A stretch of DNA of 64,000 bases from the NCBI GenBank assembly GCA_951406725.2, contig OX597817.1, forward strand, positions 81,282,001 through 81,346,000, in the 5' to 3' direction. This document shows, piece by piece, positions 40,201 through 51,178 of this stretch (positions within the stretch are counted from its first letter, which is position 1; each line of letters starts with the position of its first letter). Origin of the DNA: Octopus vulgaris (lineage: Eukaryota). A program made the position numbers and the translations under genes. A model generated the notes under the pieces. The model saw only the letters and a list, made by a program, of their open reading frames with translations. It ran no database searches and had not been told where the DNA came from.

Positions 40201-43200
40201 GCAACAACATCTCGCCAGTATGGCATCAATGTATCATACTCACATGCCACATGTCATTCATCCCAGACCATCTCAGAAAGAACTTTCAGTTTCATCTTGT
40301 ACCGATTTTACATTTGATGATGTCTGCAAGAAAGGGAACACGCTTCTCTGGGATCTTGTGCAAGATGACATGGCGTGTTTGCTACCCGATGGCTTGGTTG
40401 TTGAAGCAGAGAAAGCTCTTTACACTTTAGTGTGCTTTTCAACAGATAGGCGCATTAAAATCAAGTTCATTGAAGCATGCATTGAAAATGTGGCTGCGCA
40501 CCGGTCTGTAGTGGTATCTCTGCGTCTTCTGCCCAAAATCTTCAGCTCTTTTCAACAGTACCGCAGTGGCTCTGACAACCATGCTGTGACTATGTGGGCA
40601 GAAAAAGAACTGAATATGATGTCTCATTTTTTTAGTGATCTTATCCATTATACTGAGAGCCGAAAATGTGATCTACAGAAAAGTACATCCCTCTACAGTC
40701 ACAAGGAACAAATTAAGGTGAGGCTTTTGTTTTTAACTGGTGTGTTCAGTGCTCCTGGATCACCAGATAGTTTCCGTCTAAGTCAAGAACAGGTGGATAC
40801 TTTGTGGGCTTGTCTTGCTTTAGATCCAGAATGTTCTGATGAATGCTTGAGCTGGTTTCTTAATCAAGCCAAGAGCAAAGAGCATCACCATGCCATGTGT
40901 TTGGAAACATTCAAGCACATATTTCTTGAGAAAATGCCTCAGCTTAAACCTGAATCAATGAGTATGATCGGTTTGAATCTTTTCCAACAATTATCACACT
41001 TGGCAAGAATTGCAAATGCTTCTATAGATAATCAGTTGTCTGAGGACCAAGTGTGCGGCATGGACCAGCTGTGGCAAATTGCTCTACGGGCTTTGAATAC
41101 AGACGTCAGTATCACAGCCATCCAGTTCTTGAATAACTATTACATCAATTATGGAAATGGACTGTTGGAAAAAGAAGATGAATTTATTCGTCGATGCATG
41201 GACAGTCTTTTAACTGCCTCTCAGAAAGTTGAAGAAAATCCCGACATGAATCTTCTTGTTATTCAAAGAGGTTTGATTTTATTAAAAAATCACTTGGAAG
41301 GTTTTCGAAAAAGATATGCTTACCACCTCAGAAACTGGCAAATCGATGGACATGGCATTGTGAGTCACCAATGTAATGTACACGAGAAACAGTCAAGCCC
41401 AATTCGAATTCTCTTACAGCCAGCTGGTATCTCAGAAAAAACTCCATTAGATATGTTGTCTACTGATCTCATTGCAGAATTACGGGCTGAAGTTGCTCGG
41501 TGGTGGGAAGCTCTCCAGAAACAGCAACAACTTCAACGCCAGCAGTCCTCTAGTAACCATGGTAATTCAATATTGTCTCCTATCCTTGGCGCTATGCTGG
41601 GGGATGGGCCAATACGGATGATTACTCTTGGGCAGGAGCTTACTGTAGATAACGATGAGAAAACTTTGAGTGAAATGCAGTTTAAGGACTTGCAACTTGT
41701 TTTTGTTTCTGTTGGTGCAAGTAGACCACAGAGAAAGATGGATGGAACATTGCCATCATCATGCCTACCATCTCCTAGTCCTGAACAATTACCTATGATG
41801 ATACTTTTGCAAGAGCCAAGCTTCGAACGTCTGCTTACTTTGTTGGAACAACTGAGTAATCTAAGCTTCTCAACAGCTGATTTAGAAAGTAAAGAAAGAT
41901 GGAATTTACAAAGTAAAGGCAAAATATTTTCTCGGCGGGTTTGGGAATTGTTGATGTTATTACCAACAAGTCCTGAAATGTTATATGGCTTCCGAAGTAT
42001 TATGCCATCAACTCCCTACAAAGAAGAGACTCCACCTGAAGAGCCTATTGACTGGAATCGGCTACTAGATCCACAAAGACCACACCGTTTAATGTATTCT
42101 TTACAGATAGTTGAAGCATTATCAAAAAATCCAAAATGTAAGAAAAAATCAATTTCTCGATCTGGAGGAGGAGGAGATGCTGATAGTGATCAAGTTCTGG
42201 AAGGTCTGGAAGTTCCTGAAGAAGTTTGGACCAAGCAGTTCATTTCAAAAGGAGGGCTCAGTCATTTAGTTGATATATTTAAATCAAGTACCTTGCAAGC
42301 CAAAGCAGATGAAACTTGGAACCAGTGGAATCAAGAATGCTTGGCTTATTTGCTACGTCTAATAAGTCAGTTTTCTGTGGAAAGGTCAGATGCTGAAGCA
42401 GGCCATGATGACCTCTTTGAAAATTATGAGTTACCCCGTAAGAAAATGAAACGTCAAAAAAGTAATTGTGATAAAATTGTTGTACCTCGTCTCAACCAAA
42501 CCATTCTGTCAATGCTAAATGTCAATACAGACTTACAGATCATCATGCAAATCTTGTTTGATGCTGCTATACCAATAGAAAACAATTTATGCAATACAGG
42601 CACTTGGGGGAGGTCAGAAGTTGTTCATTATGCTTTAAATTTTCTTGTATCTTGGGCATATTCATGTGAAGAACTAAAAGATGCATTTTGTTCATCTCCA
42701 AATTTCAATTCTTGGCTGAAAAGGTTAACCCTGGAAGCCCCAGAACCCTGCGTCCGCAAGGAAGTTTGTACTGGACTTTATCAATTATGCTTAGGAAAGA
42801 CTTCGGAAAACAGAAATGGTTATGCATTTCTGTTACCCATACTATCTAGTATGCTGTCATTTCTACCAGAAGCTCTATTAATAAAACCCCGAGTAAATGA
42901 TGCCTACCTGCAAGAGGAGAAGAAAGAGACATATGGCCCTGGTTGCCGTGACTATTTCTGGTTGGTATGCAGATTTGTTGATAACATTTCAAAAGAAGAT
43001 GCAAACACTAAATCTGACAGTCTCGTGAATTTAGATATGTTATGTAAAGAAATTGCTAATCATATAATCTCTCGCTCTTTTTATGAAACCAGGAATGGTT
43101 ACGAGGAGGATGATGCCCTGATTGGTCTTTTAAATCTTTGTACTGCTATTTTGAAACATGAACCACCATTCAAAACATCTGAAAATGGTAGAGTATTTCT

Positions 43201-46200
43201 TGAGGACATTTTTTGGTGTCTCTTTGCGTTGCCATCACCAGTCAACAGAAAGCTGCCTAAGTGTAAAAGTCAAGCATCTCGAGCTGCTGCTTACGACTTG
43301 CTTGTAGAAATGGTAAAAGGTAGTGTTGAAAACTATGCTATACTGCATGAAAAAATGATGAAACAACACAGTAAAGATTCTCATGTACCCTACCCATGGG
43401 ATTATTGGCCACATGAGGATGGACGATCAAAATGTGGCTATGTAGGTTTGACTAACCTCGGAGCTACTTGCTATATGGCTACATGTATGCAGCATTTGTA
43501 TATGATTCCACAGGCAAGGCAGTCAGTATTACAAGCAAAGTGTACAGACCAGACAAAGCATGAAGCCACACTGATTGAGCTTCAGAAGATATTTGCTTAC
43601 CTTCAAGAAAGTGAGAGAAAAGCTTATAACCCCAAGAGCTTCTGCAAGACTTACACCATGGACAAACAACCTCTGAACACAGGAGAACAAAAAGATATGA
43701 CTGAGTTCTTTACAGATTTAATAACAAAACTTGAAGAAATGTCTTCAGACATGAAAAAGCTGGTGAAAAGTTTATTTGGTGGTGTCCTAACTAATAATGT
43801 TGTTTCTCTTGATTGTCCACATGTCAGTCGCACTGTTGAAGAGTTTTATACTGTCCGATGCCAAGTTACAGACATGAAAAATCTATATGATTCGCTTGAT
43901 GAGGTTACAGTGAAGGATATGCTTGAAGGAGATAATATGTATACTTGCTCAAAATGTCAAAAGAAAGTCCGTGCTGAAAAGCGTGCATGCTTCAGAAAAC
44001 TTCCCAAGATCCTGTGTTTTAATACGATGCGATACACTTTTAATATGGTGACTATGATGAAAGAAAAGGTAAATACACATTTTTCTTTTCCATTACGCTT
44101 GGATATGTCTCAGTACATGGAAGTGAACTTGATGGGACCAGATAAATTACAAGATGATGACGATAAGAATGACACCTTCACGAAAGATGAATCTGACTGC
44201 CATGAATATGAACTGATTGGAGTAACCGTACACACGGGAACTGCTGATGGAGGACACTATTATAGTTTCATCAGAGATCGCATTAGTCAGTCTAAGACTG
44301 GATTTGATAAGTGGTACCTATTTAATGATGCTGAAGTGAAACCATTTGATCCTAGCCAAATAGCTGCAGAGTGTTTCGGGGGTGAGATGACAAGTAAAAC
44401 GTATGATTCTGTTACTGACAAATTCATGGATTTTTCTTTTGAGAAGACCAACAGTGCCTATATGTTATTTTATGAACGGTGTTCTCCGAAGAAGAAAGAA
44501 GTGCCTAATGAAGAATCTGATGCTGCATCAGAGCCGCCACAGAAATTCAACTTTGATTTGTCAAAGGAACTTGCTGACTGGATATGGCAAGACAACATGC
44601 AGTTTCTACAAGATAAAAATATATTCGAGCACACTTATTTTGGATTCATGCTACAGTTATGTGGTTACATTCAAACGACATTACCTCGAGATGACCCAAG
44701 AAAAGTGCCTCTGATGGTTGCACAGCTGAGTGCGTCCTTTGTCTTAGAAACACATATTCATGCCAAAGAAAAACCTACTATGCTTCAGTGGATTGAACTT
44801 CTGACAAAGCAGTTTAATTCCTGCCAAGCTGCATGTGAATGGTTTCTGGAGCATATGGCAGAATGTGATTGGTGGCCTCAGCAGATATTAATTAAATGTC
44901 CTAACCAAATGGTGCGCCAGATGTTCCAGAGGTTATTAGTTCACGTAATTACACAACTCAAAAATGCCCAGTATGACCTTCTAACCTCAGGGAATCCCAA
45001 TGATGACCAAACCAAATCCAACAGCCTCAGTGGTCAGACATGTGCTACCAAATTTATCAGACGTATGTTAGCAATTCTTGAGCAAGGTGTCCGACCCCAC
45101 AGCAAGTATCTAACAGAATATTTCAGTTTTCTTCTAGAATTTGCCAAGATGGGCGATGAAGAATGTTTTTTCCTAATCAATAACAATGCTATATCAGCAA
45201 TTGTTAATTTCTACATGGGTCAGAAAGCTCAAGAAAATTATGTTGAAATATTGTCAGATGATGATGAAGAAGATGACGTCATTGCAATGCCTGAAGATAA
45301 GCACAGACCTCTGGCACTAGATAAAATGATAGCGCTGATTGCACAGCTGGTGGAGAGGTCACGAGGAGAAGACAATCAGTTACGCCTGAGTGAAAAAGAT
45401 TATAACAGCATCATTGGTGGCAAAGGATTTCCATTCCTTTACAATCAAATTAAAGACCATATTAATGTACGGCAGACGTGCAATTTAATTTTTAGTCTCT
45501 GTCGCTGGAATGACTCTTTGGCATTGGCAATTGTTCAGATGCTTTTCAATGCTGTCAAAAAACTGAATGCAGAACAGGCGCAACCATTTTTTAAGTTAAT
45601 GTCTTTATTAGTTGAATTCATTGGAGGTCCACCAGGAATGCCTCCCTTTTTACAGTATATTCTTCAGCGATTCTGGGAGCTCACAGAATGTTGTCCTCAT
45701 CAGTGTCTTGAATGGCTCTCGAATTTGGTCACTAGGAATAAAATTGCCAATGCATGGGTACTACAGCAGATGGACAATTGGGTCGAAGGTTATCTTATTG
45801 CTCATGGCAATGTACGGGTAAGAAATGCAGCAAGTTTCTTATTGGTTTCCTTAGTTCCCAGCCTAAATTTTCGACAAGCATTCCGCACAGCGAGAAGCAT
45901 ACTGAGTCCACATAAAGAACTACTACTCTCCTCAGATGCACTAGCTGTTCTACATCAAATCTACGAGCATTTGTTATCACTGCTGTCGCGTGCACGTCTC
46001 TATGTTGACCCTCAGGTTCACGGCACCAGCAAACTAGTTTGTTACTTTGCTGTTGTCACATACTGTCTGATTTCTAAAAAGGAAAAGTTAATGTTTGGTC
46101 GCTATTTTGCTGATTTATGGCAACTATTTCAACCCAAGTTATCAGAACCTCAGATCTCAATGCACCACAACAAACAAGCCATGCTTATGTTCTGGTATCA

Positions 46201-48529
46201 AGTGTGTCTAGACTGCCCAGAGAATGTAAAACTTATTGTCACCAACACACATGTCTGTAAAAATATTGCTTTTAATTATATCCTCGCTGACCACGATGAT
46301 CAGGAAGTTGTCATGTTCAATCGTTGTATGTTGCCAGCCTACTATGGCCTACTGCGCATCTGTTGTCAACAGTCACGTTCTTTCACAAGGCAGCTCGCTC
46401 AGCACCAAAATATTCTGTGGGCATTTAAGAACATTTCTCCTTATCCTGCCCAGTATACTGCTGCTGTTGAAGAACTCTTCAAAATGATGCGAGTCATGTC
46501 AATGAAGCACCAAGACAGTTCTGAAGAAGAATTGAAGGCCATCAATAACTTCAGGCGAACTACTATCCAGATGTACTTGCAGCACTTGGATGCTCGATCT
46601 GGCTGGCAAACACTCATCAACAGCTTCAAAATTCTAGTTGATAGTACAGATGACAGACTACTCATTATTTACCAGCAAGGTTTGCAAATGATAACTGAAG
46701 CATTCTTTACTCTTCATGTGATGTACCACGAGGCTACAGCGTGTCATGTGACTGGCGATATTGTTGATCTCCTTGCCTTGCTATTGCCTGTCCTCAAAGT
46801 TGCCAGGCATTACTTGGAACGGAAGAACCCAAGTACTTTACATGTAAAGGAATGCATCTTTAACTGGAATGAAAGAGCAGAGTTTGTTCGCAAGCTTCTT
46901 ACTCTCTTGAATTCTTATACTCCACCTGAAATCCGTCAGAGTTGTTTTGAAGTCCTCAAAGAAATGGTACTCACTTTCCAAAAGGACATAATCCCTACTA
47001 TTGTTACAATTCTGCGAGATTCCCACAAAGCATTTCAGGACACCAACCTACCAGTGTCTGTTGGTCCTTATTTCCCACGCAGGGGTCAGAAGACCATCTG
47101 CTCTAAATCTAATGTCAGACCACCAAGGCCTCAGTTTCAGATGTTGCTACACTCCAACCAACTGGAAGCTTCCCGAAATGTTGATGATTGTTATGATGCT
47201 GCACTGTCTGACTTCTTCAATCAATATCACCTGTTTATTGACTTGCTATGCCGGGTTGCTGTCAATCAACATAACCTTACTAAAGACTTGATCAATCTGA
47301 GTGCAATGGTTGCTTATGAAGGGGTACCTCTTCATTCACTTTATTTTGCCAAATTGTGGAATGAAATCTATCATTTAGAGCAGTTTGATAAGAGTTGCAT
47401 CAAAGTATTGTGCAACAGCTATTATTTCATTGAGTATGTCAATGCAGTTCTATTGGATGAACGCATGTCTCTCAACAGCCCTATAATCTACCAATTTTTC
47501 TGCAATTTCTTTCCTAAGGTTCACCAACAAGTCCTCAATGATCAAGGTCAAAGTTTACTTGATAGTCTTGTGGCTTCTATCACCGCTGAAAAATCAGCAA
47601 CAGAAAATGTAAAAACTGATCAGGAACTTTTTTCTATATGCCAACGTATTAATGGTGACCTTAGAGCCATGCTTTTAATATTTTCTGTTCAACCTCCAAA
47701 ACAACTTAGTAGTTTACTAACAGACAGCCTGCAACACATTCACAGAGTGTGTTGTGATTACCAACAACGTCAGAGATCTGAAAATGAAGATTCTTCACTT
47801 GCTGCTAGTTCAACCAGTGTTGTTAGCTTATCTACTACGACTACTACTACTACTGCTACTACGAATACTCCTACAATTACTACCACTGCTGCTACATCTA
47901 CCGTTCCCACTGCAGTATCGGTTGCTACCAACAGCAGTAAGACATCTTCATCATCACCTCTTTCCAGTCCTCTTCCAACTTCATCAGCTGTTACTTCATC
48001 TCCCACCACAACTAGTATCAATCCAGGCATTAACATCGACCCTATTACTACTGCTGAGACGTTAACTGAAGTCCCAGTAACAGCCGAAAAGCTTACTCGT
48101 TCGGAACACTTAAACAGTTCGGAACCAGATGAGTCTATGGAGACACCTACAAAGCGCCAGCGATTCAGTAACGACCCTGATGAAATGGAAACCGACAACA
48201 ATGCTGAAGAGGTGTCCCCTGGTTTCCAGATAGCATCTGAAAGCTCTCTTAGTGGAACTGGTGGAATTGGTAGTGGTGCTGGCCAGACTGGTAGTGGTAG
48301 GCTGTCTTCAGAAGAAGGCAAAGAAACTGATACAAAATGTGAACAGCACAGTCCTAACAAAGGGACAGCAGCCACAACATCAGGAACAACAACATCGACA
48401 ACCACAACTACCAGTACCACTTCCACAGCTCTCTCTGGGGCACGGTCCATCCACAGAGAAAAACCCAATTTCTTAGACACTGTTATAAAACATATTGAAC
48501 ATTTGTATGGATTTCTTGGCCTCAAGTAA
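37247..48529 (+). CDS. USP34: Ubiquitin carboxyl-terminal hydrolase 34, full-length and single-exon (3760 aa)
   Basis: Starts MCDVC (compare vertebrate MCENC..WTQRQCLCCFKE). Cys box GLTNLGATCYM (Cys codon 43469), His box VHTGTADGGHYYS (His codon 44255), FNDAEV, and USP34-typical motifs WDYWPHED and NIAFNYILADHDDQ. The ORF-track start at 37226 is a GTG. Confidence 0.97.
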   Translation: MCDVCSGLLSLFDSHDERLHSGGGLRLGKNEILSVIQYVNIWPQKQCMCCYKEFKNFERLNNIVQIVLTVAIRHIQTLPDDYAKEKEKQEKRDHCSEDAVSDISDKNKSSIDGLSSEETEKNDAEELDESEVWAMEEKDQLLQVVTKVFLMNFPSYVAYKHVVHSSLEELSQQETRALNNYCEISDSEVPLYLLRNVCFFCDSNGVQALQQCFEKATPDTLPFTVAHTLINIIANLRLWMNIATVMQCIVPLRTAVIRYMCKLSDKDLRMAGTRNMTDLMWAAVKEPLDTHFTYDKEGLDLAFKYFTCSTLTIRLAGIAQINRQIDLYNECCNNDTLVDAENVGNHLAKWLLENKIIEHIFGPNLHVEIIKQSQIILNFLAVEGKITNEHIDCIWTASQMKHCSKQVYDILIPLIKNLELQLVQHLSNLVSALDPSAHTESTLYLASALLKCIWSTCVTSQSHNAAVHHQQQQPADQPQSIVAAIEQEEEELEHGKSSKPEMSSSESLQLSEGETDKVPEMDSNKRIGMVDNKNEELPSEDDQKELNKAENKAGSTRQQISHAKKHDDCSEKQQKSCEQFSANSDNSDESDMDEGTHRQLTGLGQEFVAPNQVGGGSSGSESDVECSGSSAGEGQICTSLKHGMQKRRGVKRQPVPLKCQQRPPRNRNAQAYRDTEQGTCSDEDDDDEEEEEEEEEEEEEEEEEEEVEEEEEEEEMESEYEESDDEILKHAKMVHMKHSCHGESEDSSDFDANESRRAKLMHETKLRYETQHALQEHHIQLQQQGLLKQPACLVLQRQGKKRYRIRPGLQRSENQNRIQQSLHPGSVSLEARGDSDGITGHCKDLEVGGDSEKKMAISDPGNLSQDSRDSHDSEARPSTLANHDSADSSIQGVASSQSAQEFENRADEAEMFDCANYIQHMQAHPHGHIQSDYIEDILSPEGSCHSSRMSTKSEKNMADFDGEEVLSDEELAQINAHPHFNTHQMQQHLASMASMYHTHMPHVIHPRPSQKELSVSSCTDFTFDDVCKKGNTLLWDLVQDDMACLLPDGLVVEAEKALYTLVCFSTDRRIKIKFIEACIENVAAHRSVVVSLRLLPKIFSSFQQYRSGSDNHAVTMWAEKELNMMSHFFSDLIHYTESRKCDLQKSTSLYSHKEQIKVRLLFLTGVFSAPGSPDSFRLSQEQVDTLWACLALDPECSDECLSWFLNQAKSKEHHHAMCLETFKHIFLEKMPQLKPESMSMIGLNLFQQLSHLARIANASIDNQLSEDQVCGMDQLWQIALRALNTDVSITAIQFLNNYYINYGNGLLEKEDEFIRRCMDSLLTASQKVEENPDMNLLVIQRGLILLKNHLEGFRKRYAYHLRNWQIDGHGIVSHQCNVHEKQSSPIRILLQPAGISEKTPLDMLSTDLIAELRAEVARWWEALQKQQQLQRQQSSSNHGNSILSPILGAMLGDGPIRMITLGQELTVDNDEKTLSEMQFKDLQLVFVSVGASRPQRKMDGTLPSSCLPSPSPEQLPMMILLQEPSFERLLTLLEQLSNLSFSTADLESKERWNLQSKGKIFSRRVWELLMLLPTSPEMLYGFRSIMPSTPYKEETPPEEPIDWNRLLDPQRPHRLMYSLQIVEALSKNPKCKKKSISRSGGGGDADSDQVLEGLEVPEEVWTKQFISKGGLSHLVDIFKSSTLQAKADETWNQWNQECLAYLLRLISQFSVERSDAEAGHDDLFENYELPRKKMKRQKSNCDKIVVPRLNQTILSMLNVNTDLQIIMQILFDAAIPIENNLCNTGTWGRSEVVHYALNFLVSWAYSCEELKDAFCSSPNFNSWLKRLTLEAPEPCVRKEVCTGLYQLCLGKTSENRNGYAFLLPILSSMLSFLPEALLIKPRVNDAYLQEEKKETYGPGCRDYFWLVCRFVDNISKEDANTKSDSLVNLDMLCKEIANHIISRSFYETRNGYEEDDALIGLLNLCTAILKHEPPFKTSENGRVFLEDIFWCLFALPSPVNRKLPKCKSQASRAAAYDLLVEMVKGSVENYAILHEKMMKQHSKDSHVPYPWDYWPHEDGRSKCGYVGLTNLGATCYMATCMQHLYMIPQARQSVLQAKCTDQTKHEATLIELQKIFAYLQESERKAYNPKSFCKTYTMDKQPLNTGEQKDMTEFFTDLITKLEEMSSDMKKLVKSLFGGVLTNNVVSLDCPHVSRTVEEFYTVRCQVTDMKNLYDSLDEVTVKDMLEGDNMYTCSKCQKKVRAEKRACFRKLPKILCFNTMRYTFNMVTMMKEKVNTHFSFPLRLDMSQYMEVNLMGPDKLQDDDDKNDTFTKDESDCHEYELIGVTVHTGTADGGHYYSFIRDRISQSKTGFDKWYLFNDAEVKPFDPSQIAAECFGGEMTSKTYDSVTDKFMDFSFEKTNSAYMLFYERCSPKKKEVPNEESDAASEPPQKFNFDLSKELADWIWQDNMQFLQDKNIFEHTYFGFMLQLCGYIQTTLPRDDPRKVPLMVAQLSASFVLETHIHAKEKPTMLQWIELLTKQFNSCQAACEWFLEHMAECDWWPQQILIKCPNQMVRQMFQRLLVHVITQLKNAQYDLLTSGNPNDDQTKSNSLSGQTCATKFIRRMLAILEQGVRPHSKYLTEYFSFLLEFAKMGDEECFFLINNNAISAIVNFYMGQKAQENYVEILSDDDEEDDVIAMPEDKHRPLALDKMIALIAQLVERSRGEDNQLRLSEKDYNSIIGGKGFPFLYNQIKDHINVRQTCNLIFSLCRWNDSLALAIVQMLFNAVKKLNAEQAQPFFKLMSLLVEFIGGPPGMPPFLQYILQRFWELTECCPHQCLEWLSNLVTRNKIANAWVLQQMDNWVEGYLIAHGNVRVRNAASFLLVSLVPSLNFRQAFRTARSILSPHKELLLSSDALAVLHQIYEHLLSLLSRARLYVDPQVHGTSKLVCYFAVVTYCLISKKEKLMFGRYFADLWQLFQPKLSEPQISMHHNKQAMLMFWYQVCLDCPENVKLIVTNTHVCKNIAFNYILADHDDQEVVMFNRCMLPAYYGLLRICCQQSRSFTRQLAQHQNILWAFKNISPYPAQYTAAVEELFKMMRVMSMKHQDSSEEELKAINNFRRTTIQMYLQHLDARSGWQTLINSFKILVDSTDDRLLIIYQQGLQMITEAFFTLHVMYHEATACHVTGDIVDLLALLLPVLKVARHYLERKNPSTLHVKECIFNWNERAEFVRKLLTLLNSYTPPEIRQSCFEVLKEMVLTFQKDIIPTIVTILRDSHKAFQDTNLPVSVGPYFPRRGQKTICSKSNVRPPRPQFQMLLHSNQLEASRNVDDCYDAALSDFFNQYHLFIDLLCRVAVNQHNLTKDLINLSAMVAYEGVPLHSLYFAKLWNEIYHLEQFDKSCIKVLCNSYYFIEYVNAVLLDERMSLNSPIIYQFFCNFFPKVHQQVLNDQGQSLLDSLVASITAEKSATENVKTDQELFSICQRINGDLRAMLLIFSVQPPKQLSSLLTDSLQHIHRVCCDYQQRQRSENEDSSLAASSTSVVSLSTTTTTTTATTNTPTITTTAATSTVPTAVSVATNSSKTSSSSPLSSPLPTSSAVTSSPTTTSINPGINIDPITTAETLTEVPVTAEKLTRSEHLNSSEPDESMETPTKRQRFSNDPDEMETDNNAEEVSPGFQIASESSLSGTGGIGSGAGQTGSGRLSSEEGKETDTKCEQHSPNKGTAATTSGTTTSTTTTTSTTSTALSGARSIHREKPNFLDTVIKHIEHLYGFLGLK
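39290..39391 (+). repeat. Coding (GAR/GAY)n tract encoding 34 almost purely acidic residues
   Basis: DEDDDD followed by poly-E with a single V, within USP34. Confidence 0.9.
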
Positions 48530-49666
48530 CACACATTTAGCTAGGTTCTTCTCTACCACCTTCTCACTTTTTTACTTTGACTTCCTTAACATTTTATTTA
48601 CATTCTTTAATCCACATATATTACTACCATTCTTCTCTCTCTATTTCTCTTTCTCTCTGTTTTTTTCCCTTCTACATATCTATCATACTTGAATGTTTTT
48701 ACTAACTCTCTCTCTTTTTTTATATACACATTTTTTTTTTCTGTTTACATCAGTCTCACTTCACTTCGTCAATCATTGCATAATTAGTCACTCTTCAGTC
48801 TCCATCTTTAACAAGAAAAAAAAATGTAAAAAAAAAAAAGAAAATGCAAACAATAACTACAACAGAAAAAAAAAAAAAAAAGATAACCTTGCCAACACAC
48901 ATACACACATGCGCACATAACTTGGGCTGTTTTTTTTTTCCCTTTTTTTTTTCTAATGACACTGCCTCTTGTGGGTTCGAACTGACGGAATAAATTCTGA
49001 GTTCATTTTCTGGAAACATTTTTCATTCAATGACTCAATGAAGAGTTTATTGACTGGAACTGAAAGAAAAAAAAAAGCAGATTTTCATTTAGAACTGCAA
49101 CCAAGTAAAAAAGAATAAACACGATTCTATTGTTTTATTTTAAAGAGGAACAAACAGGTAGTAGAAGAATGATGATGGAAAACCTCATGGAGATATTTTT
49201 TACAAAATTGAAAATATGCAAAGATGTTTTCTATTATACCTATTTTAAAATTGGTTATAATTTTTTTTTCTTGCTTTAAAAGAGTAACAAAAAAGCATCT
49301 ACTCATTTAGTTGAATTAGTCAGCAACTTTGACAATTAATGCCCTGACCATATTGAAACTTGTTAGAATTATTATTATTGGTAGTATTAGTATTGTATCT
49401 TGTTCTTTCATTACCTGCAGATAGTTGGGTGTTGAATGTAATTAGATGAGACAAAAAAAAAAGAGAAAAAAAATTAAGGCTTTTGTGTAATTTGTTCCAA
49501 AGATCCACCCTCCTCTTCTGGTTTGGTAACTTTGTTGTTTAGCATTTTTTTTTACATATCTTATTTTCTTTCAAGTGAAAATTTGATAATTTTGGTAACG
49601 TTAAAAAAAAAAATTTAGCTTTTACTTTAAATAATTTCACTGTATTTTGTCATTTAAAAAAAATTC

Positions 49667-49879
49667 ATATATACGTGTGTGTGTGTGTTTGTGTATGTGT
49701 GTGTATATATATGTGTGTATGTGTGTGTGAATATATATGTATATGTATATATATATGTATATATATGTATATATGTATATATACGTATATATATATATAT
49801 ATGTATATATATGTATATATATATATATATGTATATATATGTATATATATGTATATATATATATGTATATATATGTATA

Positions 49880-49956
<77 letters not shown>

Positions 49957-50121
49957 ATATATATATGTATGTGTATATATATATGTATGTATATATATAT
50001 ATGTATGTATATATATATATGTATGTATGTATATATATGTATGTATGTATATATATGTATGTATGTATATATATGTATATGTATATATATGTATATATAT
50101 ATATATGTATATATATATATG

Positions 50122-50152
<31 letters not shown>

Positions 50153-50211
50153 GTATATATATATATGTATATATATATATATGTATATATATATATGTAT
50201 ATATATATATG

Positions 50212-50298
<87 letters not shown>

Positions 50299-50380
50299 GT
50301 ATATATATATATGTGTGTATATGTATGTATATATGTATGTATATATATATGTATATATGTATATGTATGTATGTATATAA
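49667..50380. repeat. About 710-bp compound (TA)n/(TATG)n microsatellite
   Basis: Direct reading; source of the spurious YI-rich ORFs. Confidence 0.97.
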
Positions 50381-51168
50381 TCTCAAAGTAGGGCAGTGAA
50401 GTGGCAGAATTGGTAGAGTGCTGAATTAAATTTCTTGTACTTAGTTATATTACCTTTAGGTTCTGAGTTCGAATCCCACCAAGGTTGACTTTTCATTCTT
50501 CTTGCATTGATTCCAGTCATGAACTGGAGTCAGTTAATTCGAGTAAGTCGGTCCCTCTTCCATAATCTTTGGCTTTGCCACCATTGTTAGAAGTCAATGT
50601 TTATCTGTCAGTATATGGCACCTTTATTTTTCAACCTGGAAATAATTTGCACAGCTTTATTAAACGATTAGATAGCAAAAAAAAAAAAAAATGTTAAAGA
50701 ATTAAGACTGTTATATTGAATTTAGTGGAATAGGATGCCTTTTGCAACAAGTATTCATGTTTAAGAAAAAGAGAGAGAAAGAAAGAGAAAGGGAAAAAAA
50801 TACCAAAATATTTGAAAAATACCAGTTCTTTTATTTTATTCCATATGTATATTTTTGTTTGATTTTCTTTTCTCTTGTGTTCTTGTTTATTCGTGAAACA
50901 TTGTGTTCAATGAAAGTATAACTATTGACAAACAAGAGAAAGATGAAAAATAGAAGACAAAAAAAAACCAAAAAAAAATACCCATACCAAATATAAAGAC
51001 AAGAATTGAATACAAAGAAACTGTTTTATTAAAAAAAAAAATAGAGAGGTAGACATTGTTATGAGTCTTTCTCCATTTGCTATGTAAGATGAAGAGTGAG
51101 AGAAAGAAAGAGTGAACGGAAGAATGAGTGAAAGGATGAGAGAAAGATAAAGAGAGAAATTCTAAATT

Positions 51169-51178
51169 AATAAATAAA
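51169..51178 (+). terminator. Candidate USP34 polyadenylation signals (overlapping AATAAA; ATTAAA nearby)
   Basis: aataaataaa at the end of an A/T-rich UTR-like stretch, followed by a GT/T-rich tract at about 51265-51290. Confidence 0.35.

Noticed and set aside
47770-48534. 254-aa antisense ORF
   Set aside because: Shadow of the Thr/Ser-rich USP34 C-terminus; no independent motifs.
49637-50399. Several 220-250 aa YI/MYI-rich ORFs (similar ones at 20732-21019 and 24673-25331)
   Set aside because: Translations of (TA)n/(TATG)n microsatellites.
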